NCBI GenBank assembly: GCA_964355085.1
Contig: CAYHBW010000002.1
Coordinates: 6-64,005 of the forward strand
DNA length: 64,000 nucleotides
Reading direction: 5' to 3'
Source: an uncultured Candidatus Saccharibacteria bacterium
Lineage (GTDB): Bacteria; Patescibacteriota; Minisyncoccia; UBA6257; 02-FULL-45-10c
Part shown: positions 58,301 to 64,000 of the stretch, one piece after another
Position numbering within the stretch: position 1 is the stretch's first letter
How the letters are laid out: each line of letters opens with the position of its first letter
Notes under the pieces: model-generated
Databases searched by the model: none
Seen by the model: the letters and a program-made list of their open reading frames with translations, nothing else
Told to the model about the DNA's origin: nothing
Made by a program: the position numbers and the translations under genes

Positions 58301-59890
58301 ATGGCCGATCCTGTAGTATTGCTCATCCTTGACGGTTTCGGCATTTCTTCCGAGAAAAATGGCAATGCGGTCATCGCCGCCAAGACGCCGAATCTGGAAA
58401 AAATAAGCCGCGAATATCCCGGAACCACTTTGAGGGCTTCTGGGGTTGAAGTCGGGTTGGCGTGGGGGGAGATGGGAAGTTCCGAAGTCGGACATACCAA
58501 TCTCGGCGCCGGCCTTGTCATATATCAGAATCTTCCGCGCATCAATCTGGCCATAGAGGACGGCAGCTTCTTCTCTCTTCCGTCCTGGGAGAAAGCGGCG
58601 GCGCACGCTGCCGAAAATAAATCCGATCTGCATCTGATCGGGCTTGTTTCGAATGGAGGAGTGCATTCTCATATAGATCACCTTTTCGCTCTTTTGGACG
58701 TTTTCAAGAAATTGAGATTCAGGCGGAATATTTTCCTTCATATCTTCACCGACGGACAGGATACGGCGCCGCAGTCAGGCGTGAAATTTCTGGAAATGCT
58801 TGAAGAGAAAATTTCCGGATTTGACAATGTCAGGATCGCTACGGTCATCGGTCGTTATTATTCGATGGATAAGAATGAAAATTGGAACCGCACCCGGCTT
58901 GCATACGATTGCCTTACGCTTGGGAAGGGAATCGGAGTCGCCAGCGCGGAAGCGGCATTCAAGACAGCTTACGATAATGGTCTGATAGATGAAAATCTTG
59001 AACCGACAGTAATCATAGGCGAAGACGGCTCTCCTGTCGGATTGATAAAGGAAAATGACTCCGTCATTTTCACGAATTTCCGGGCTGATCGGGCGAGACA
59101 GCTTACGCAGGCCTTTGTATTTCCCGAATTCCGGAATTTCCCCAGAGAACGTATCCCAGGTCTGGAATTCATTTCCATGGTGAGTTACGGCGTCGGTTAT
59201 CCTATCGAATCCGCTTTTTCCGCCCAATTCATAACTATGCCTCTGGCTAAGGCGATATCGGATGCCGGAAAGAAGCAATTTCACATAGCGGAAACGGAAA
59301 AATACGCCCATGTCACTTATTTTTTCAACGGGGGAACGGAAAAAGAGTTCCCGGGCGAAGACCGCGAGATCATTTCTTCGAAGCAGGTTAAGAGTTACGA
59401 TCTGAAGCCGGAAATGAGCGCTTATGAGATAACCGGCAGGGTTGTCGATGAAATAAAGAAGGCGAAATATGATTTTCTGGCGGTGAACCTGGCGAATGGA
59501 GATCTGGTCGGCCATACCGGCATATTCAAGGCGGGCGTGAAAGCTGTCGAGGTTCTGGATGAATGCGTCGGGGACATATCAAAAGCAGTTCTGGAGTCCG
59601 GCGGCACGCTGATAATAACCGGCGATCACGGTAATGTCGAGGAAATGATAAATATCGAAACCGGCGAGGTGGATAAGGAGCATTCAATAAATCCGGTCCC
59701 GCTTTGGATAGTCGGAAACAGGTATAAAAAGGAAATCCCCGCTCCTGTTGAAGGATTTGCGGTTGAGCCCGGCGGCATACTGGCTGATGTCGCGCCGACT
59801 GTTTTGGATATCATGGGAATAAAAAAGCCGGCTGAAATGACCGGGGCCGGCCTTCTCGGCGTGATTTCCGATTGTCCGCTCCCGAAATAA
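58301..59890 (+). CDS. gpmI: 2,3-bisphosphoglycerate-independent phosphoglycerate mutase
   Basis: ILDGFG, MGSSEVGH, GGVHSH, NFRADR, AETEKYAHVT and DHGN. Confidence 0.95.
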   Translation: MADPVVLLILDGFGISSEKNGNAVIAAKTPNLEKISREYPGTTLRASGVEVGLAWGEMGSSEVGHTNLGAGLVIYQNLPRINLAIEDGSFFSLPSWEKAAAHAAENKSDLHLIGLVSNGGVHSHIDHLFALLDVFKKLRFRRNIFLHIFTDGQDTAPQSGVKFLEMLEEKISGFDNVRIATVIGRYYSMDKNENWNRTRLAYDCLTLGKGIGVASAEAAFKTAYDNGLIDENLEPTVIIGEDGSPVGLIKENDSVIFTNFRADRARQLTQAFVFPEFRNFPRERIPGLEFISMVSYGVGYPIESAFSAQFITMPLAKAISDAGKKQFHIAETEKYAHVTYFFNGGTEKEFPGEDREIISSKQVKSYDLKPEMSAYEITGRVVDEIKKAKYDFLAVNLANGDLVGHTGIFKAGVKAVEVLDECVGDISKAVLESGGTLIITGDHGNVEEMINIETGEVDKEHSINPVPLWIVGNRYKKEIPAPVEGFAVEPGGILADVAPTVLDIMGIKKPAEMTGAGLLGVISDCPLPK

Positions 59891-59919
59891 ATTCTAGAAA
59901 TATAAATTATTCCTATGCC

Positions 59920-60003
59920 TGTCATCCTGAACTTGATTCAGGATCCAGATTGAAATGATTTGCCGGAAAAATTTCTGGATTACGGATCGAGTCCGGAATG
60001 ACA
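59920..60003. repeat. Inverted pair of REP-like palindromes between convergent gpmI and pyk
   Basis: gtcatcctgaacttgattcaggatccag ... ctggattacggatcgagtccggaatgac. Confidence 0.7.
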
Positions 60004-60004
60004 A

Positions 60005-60802
60005 CTAAAGATTATTGAATTTCGCCTTTCCAAGATGTTTTTCCGCGATGATGATGCCGCGTTCCATGGCGGCGACGGTTTCCACCGGATATTTTCCTAT
60101 CGCGGTTTCTTCCGAAAGCATGACAGCATCAGAACCGCTCATGATGGCGAATGCCAGATCCGTCGCTTCCGCCCGAGTGGGGGAGGGATTGTCAACCATT
60201 GAAGACATCATCTGTGTGGCGGTTATCACCGGCTTACCCGCCTTTTTGCATTTTCCGATTATGATTTTTTCCGCAAAAGGTATTTCACCGAGCGGCAATT
60301 CATTGGCCAGATCTCCGCGCGCTATCATTATCGCATCGGCTGAAGCGATGATCTCGTCTATGTTTTTAACGGCTGACTTTCTTTCAATTTTCGCTATGAC
60401 CGGCTTGACCGATCCGAGATGATACATCAGATTTTTGAGCTTCAGTACGTCATCGGCGCTTCCGACATACGACATCGCAACGTAATCTATGTCGTGTGAA
60501 AGGCCGAACTGCAGGTCGCGCGCGTCTTTCGGAGTCAGGACGCTTTTTATTTTTTTTGCGATGTGATGTCCGCTTTTCCCCTGCACCCGCGGTCCGGACA
60601 GATCCTGGATTATAGGAATCCTCCGATTCATGGATTTGGCTGCGGATCGTATGGAATGGATGAATTCCGCATGTTCCGGATATGTTCCGTGCGAAAAGTT
60701 CAACCGCGCGACATCCATCTGATGTCCGATCATTTGGCGGAGGATTTTAGGATTTTTACTGGCTGGTCCTATCGTGGCCACTATTTGCGTGCGTGATTTC
60801 AT
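60005..60802 (-). CDS. pyk: Pyruvate kinase, minimal form (catalytic barrel only)
   Basis: TIGPAS, RLNFSHG, DL.GP, AKIE, ARGDL, ATQMM, PTRAE and MLSEETA. Confidence 0.9.
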   Translation of the reverse strand: MKSRTQIVATIGPASKNPKILRQMIGHQMDVARLNFSHGTYPEHAEFIHSIRSAAKSMNRRIPIIQDLSGPRVQGKSGHHIAKKIKSVLTPKDARDLQFGLSHDIDYVAMSYVGSADDVLKLKNLMYHLGSVKPVIAKIERKSAVKNIDEIIASADAIMIARGDLANELPLGEIPFAEKIIIGKCKKAGKPVITATQMMSSMVDNPSPTRAEATDLAFAIMSGSDAVMLSEETAIGKYPVETVAAMERGIIIAEKHLGKAKFNNL

Positions 60803-60807
60803 ATGGT

Positions 60808-60849
60808 TAGTATTTAGAATCTAGAATCTAGAATCTAGCATCTAGCATA
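60808..60849. repeat. Heptamer tandem repeat (TAGAATC-like, 6 units)
   Basis: tagtatt tagaatc tagaatc tagaatc tagcatc tagcata in the eno-pyk spacer. Confidence 0.85.
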
Positions 60850-60859
60850 ATTATAGTTT

Positions 60860-62095
60860 CTAGCTACTAGATTCTATCTCTAATAGTCTATTGTATTTCG
60901 CCAGACGTTCTCCGCGGTTGGGCGCGCCCGCCTTCAGTCCGAAAGAGCCGAAGGCATAGGCCAGATCGGCTATGAAGTCGTCATTCGTTTCTCCGCTCCG
61001 GTGGCTGATGATGCAGGAAATCCGGCTGGCATCCGCGGATTTCATAACTTCCATTGTTTCAGTCAGCGTGCCGATCTGATTCGGTTTTATGATTATCCCG
61101 TTCATGCTTTTATTGGAAATTGCCCTTGCGAGTCTAGCCGGATTGGTGACCGTCAGATCGTCTCCGACGACTTTAATACCCGGCTCAAGTTTGAGGAGTT
61201 TTCCGAAATTTCCGAAGTCTTCTTCGTGGAAAGGATCTTCAATGGAAATGATCGGGAACTTTTTTATCAATTTCCTATAAAGATCGAGAAGCTGGTCGGC
61301 TGTGATTTTCCCGCCGTCTATCTCATATCTGTTGTTTTTAAAAAAAGAAGATGCGGCCGCGTCTATGGCGAGGCCGACTTTACCCTCAAGTTTGAGCTTT
61401 CTGATGATATCCGTAAGTATCGCCAGCGGTTCGGAGACCTTTTCCGCCTGGATCACGAATCCGCCTTCATCTCCGTAATTTGCGGAAAACGGACCGTATT
61501 TTTTTATTACGGAAGTGCGCAGTTCGGATTTTATCCTGTCCGCTATGATCAACGATTCTTCTGCGTTTCCGGTGAGTGGAACAATCATATATTCCTGGAA
61601 AGCCAGATAACTTGAGGCGTGTTTCCCGGCATTTATGAGATTGAGATAAAGATACGGAGTTTTCGGTTTTGTTCCGAGCAGTCCGGCAAGATATTGGAAT
61701 GTCTGTTTTCCGGACGCGGCGGCGGCGGCTTTTGCGCAGGCGATGCTGGTTCCGAGAATCGCATTCGCTCCCAGATTACTTTTGTCCGGAGTGCCGTCCA
61801 GCTTTATCAGAAGGGAATCTATCTCTTTCTGCTTACGGACATCCATGCCTATCAGGGATTTTCGGATTATTTTTTCCGCCGAAGAAGCGGTTTTTTTTAC
61901 GCCAAGTCCGCGGAATCGGTTTTTCTCTTTGTCGCGTTTTTCCGCCGCTTCATGCGTTCCGGTGCTTGCGCCTGATGGAACGGAAAATTCCCCGATCGAG
62001 GAATTTGTCGAAACCCTCACTTTAAGCGTGGGATTTCCGCGGGAATCCAATATTTCACCGACGGAAACATCGGTGATGGCGCAAGGATTTTTCAT
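60860..62095 (-). CDS. eno: Enolase
   Basis: DSRGNPT, SGASTG, GDEGG, KPNQIG, SHRSGET and KYNRL. Confidence 0.97.
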   Translation of the reverse strand: MKNPCAITDVSVGEILDSRGNPTLKVRVSTNSSIGEFSVPSGASTGTHEAAEKRDKEKNRFRGLGVKKTASSAEKIIRKSLIGMDVRKQKEIDSLLIKLDGTPDKSNLGANAILGTSIACAKAAAAASGKQTFQYLAGLLGTKPKTPYLYLNLINAGKHASSYLAFQEYMIVPLTGNAEESLIIADRIKSELRTSVIKKYGPFSANYGDEGGFVIQAEKVSEPLAILTDIIRKLKLEGKVGLAIDAAASSFFKNNRYEIDGGKITADQLLDLYRKLIKKFPIISIEDPFHEEDFGNFGKLLKLEPGIKVVGDDLTVTNPARLARAISNKSMNGIIIKPNQIGTLTETMEVMKSADASRISCIISHRSGETNDDFIADLAYAFGSFGLKAGAPNRGERLAKYNRLLEIESSS

Positions 62096-62107
62096 ACTTA
62101 TAGTATA

Positions 62108-64000
62108 CTATAACTGATTCAGGTTGATATCCAGCGAAGTAACCCCGTCCTTCTTGAGTTCTATCGCCGGAGATCGGAAGGCGGTGAATCCGGACTTTGT
62201 GCAGGTCGCGTAATATTTTCCAGGTGCGAGCAGGAAGTTGAACTTTCCTTCCGAGTTGCTGACTTTTGTCGCCAACAAGCGGTTCTTATCTTCGCTGAAT
62301 ATGCGGACTACGGCAAGCGGAATTACGGAATTATCCTTGCTGTTGCGCACGGTTCCGAAAGGTTTGATGAATCGGAATGTGAAATATATCTTAAGCAGAT
62401 CCATAAAGACATAGATCGCCAGAGTTGTGGCATTTATGGAGTTCGGAACCAATAATGTACTGATCAAGCTTAGGCCGGTTCCCATGGCGAGAAGATACGG
62501 ATTGATCGCCTCCAGAATTCTTTTCAAGGCATTGAGTATGTTGATTTTTTTCAAAGCTTCCATGCTTATCATTTCAATCTCCGGCGTCAGGGAGATTTCA
62601 AGATTCAGGATGTCGTCAGCGGAATTTATCACAGTCGTATCGGTCTGCTGCGTCGTGAATCCTGGTTTGGAAATCTTCAGGAAATATCTGCCGGTTCCGA
62701 TCGTTGCCATGAATCTTCCTTCGCTGTCAGTCATCTGGACATCCTTCAATTTATTGAAGTCCGCATCGTATATCTGGATAGTCGCATTTTGCAGCGCGGA
62801 TCCGCTAAGTTTATCCGTAACCCGTCCCCAAGGTTTCTTCCCTTTGAAACGGATGAATCCGAGCAGATAGAATTTTATGAATCCGAGGATGTTCAGGAGC
62901 TCTGTAACATTGAATGCCGCGCTTGCTCCGGCAGTGGAGGCGCTTACGGCCAGGACTCCGGCGCTTGTTGCGGCTGCGGTTACGGCGGCCGGGGCGGCGA
63001 CATTTCTGACGGTTTCAGTTACTGCGATATTTTCCTTGAGACTCTCGACGACTTTCGCCGTTTGTTTGGAGATATTTTTGACAGTATCGCCGAGGACAAA
63101 CCCTTTGGATATTTTTATGTTCACAGTATCATTAGACGGCAAATTCATGGAAGTCCAGGTGATCGGATAAGTATTTCCGATTATCAGGGTTTCTCCATTA
63201 TTCGGGAAAGTCAGCGTGAGTTTTTCATTCGATGCCGCTTGCGCTATGAGAAGTCTCGGCAGCCATGTTGTGATCGGGGAGTTGTTTTCTTGTGCAGATG
63301 CCTGGTTGCTTATGATTCTGAACGGCTGATCAGTGGTGTCCTGTATGCTGGAATTTGATGTGGATATGATTGTCAGATTGTAATTTCCGCCCTCTGTAAT
63401 TTTAAGAAGCGTCAGTCCGGCCTCCGGCTGGATATTATTTCCGATTAGCCAGTCATAGCGGCCGTTATTGGATGTCCCTTGTGTGATATATCCGGTTCCT
63501 GAACTTCCGCTGGATATTCCTTGATAAATTTGGATTACACCGCCGCCGATGGAGTTTGTGATCGATCCGATTCCGGAGCTCACCGCAAATGTCGCTTCGG
63601 TTGTTTGAGAGACCGTCTGGGAAATCGCTTCCGTGATTTGCGATATTGTTTCTGTTATCGCTTCGGCAGTTTCCGTGATTGTTTCTGTTATCGCTTCGGC
63701 AGTTTCCGTGATTGTTTCTGTTATGGTTTCGGTTATCGGTTGCGGGGTCGGCGTAGGTATTGGGGATGGTTCCGGAGTCGGTTCGGGGGTCGGCGTAGGT
63801 TCCGGAGTCGGAGTTGGCGCAGGTTCCGGCGCAGGCGACGGAGCCGGTTCAGGTGATGGCGCAGGCGACGGAGTTGGAGCAGGAGTTGACGGTGATGACG
63901 GACTGCTGCCGCCTCCACCGGACGAACAAGTGCTTGATTCGGGGGTAATGGTGTAAGTTATGGAAGATCCTGGGGACAGGGTGGCGGTTGATTTGTCGGT
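62108..64000 (-). CDS. Large membrane-anchored surface protein (5' end outside window): Pro/Thr linker, Ig-like and carboxypeptidase-regulatory-like domains
   Basis: The frame of the 62108..63583 ORF stays open to 64000; PxP repeats; two TD.EG.F..L..G.Y.L...K.GF-type domains around TMs. Confidence 0.8.
   Translation of the reverse strand, partial: TDKSTATLSPGSSITYTITPESSTCSSGGGGSSPSSPSTPAPTPSPAPSPEPAPSPAPEPAPTPTPEPTPTPEPTPEPSPIPTPTPQPITETITETITETAEAITETITETAEAITETISQITEAISQTVSQTTEATFAVSSGIGSITNSIGGGVIQIYQGISSGSSGTGYITQGTSNNGRYDWLIGNNIQPEAGLTLLKITEGGNYNLTIISTSNSSIQDTTDQPFRIISNQASAQENNSPITTWLPRLLIAQAASNEKLTLTFPNNGETLIIGNTYPITWTSMNLPSNDTVNIKISKGFVLGDTVKNISKQTAKVVESLKENIAVTETVRNVAAPAAVTAAATSAGVLAVSASTAGASAAFNVTELLNILGFIKFYLLGFIRFKGKKPWGRVTDKLSGSALQNATIQIYDADFNKLKDVQMTDSEGRFMATIGTGRYFLKISKPGFTTQQTDTTVINSADDILNLEISLTPEIEMISMEALKKINILNALKRILEAINPYLLAMGTGLSLISTLLVPNSINATTLAIYVFMDLLKIYFTFRFIKPFGTVRNSKDNSVIPLAVVRIFSEDKNRLLATKVSNSEGKFNFLLAPGKYYATCTKSGFTAFRSPAIELKKDGVTSLDINLNQL
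63645..63724 (-). repeat. 33-bp tandem repeat (about 2.4 copies, ITETITETAEA)
   Basis: attgtttctgttatcgcttcggcagtttccgtg at 63645 and 63678, partial copy at 63711. Confidence 0.9.

Noticed and set aside
1838-63956. Many long antisense or alternate-frame ORFs in the track (e.g. 4366-5325, 9181-10128, 17922-18716, 43355-44098, 63633-63956)
   Set aside because: They shadow well-supported genes and carry no recognisable motifs
1-64000. Apparent abundance of CCGG/TCCGGA words
   Set aside because: Visual impression only and could reflect codon usage (CCG, GGA, TCC); needs a Markov-model count

Overview
Gene-dense bacterial chromosome segment. Gene content and style suggest Patescibacteria/CPR, probably Parcubacteria; this is inference, based on the type IV pilus locus with large decorated pilin-like proteins, DUF5667 and Gmad2 proteins and short-repeat spacers. 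From left to right: the end of a type IV pilus locus (pilC, three pilin-like genes, pilM-pilN fusion); pth, lepB, hisS, a four-helix-bundle gene, HIT, rpsU, yqeY, ybeY, ftsA, ftsZ and class II RNR (nrdJ); three PAS proteins, greA and tRNA-Asn; a MacAB-like ABC exporter; stress genes (dinB, tspO, msrB, thioredoxin, LexA-like); a copper/thiol-redox cluster; tgt-queA; lower glycolysis (gpmI, a minimal pyk, eno); and a large surface protein cut by the window end. No CRISPR array, rRNA, transposase or reverse transcriptase was seen. The most notable observations are: (1) three output-less PAS sensors sharing a C-terminal RELKMIELK helix, one with a VUT/YhhQ-like membrane domain; (2) a 291-bp MITE-like structured element with 32-bp terminal inverted repeats; (3) a probable remote DGR target gene; (4) an exact 847-bp Kelch-propeller duplication in a pilin-like adhesin; (5) pervasive -10 boxes 5-7 nt before ATG, suggesting leaderless genes; (6) several palindromic or short-repeat families, some inserted in frame into proteins. 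All family assignments are by motif recognition; no database searches were run.
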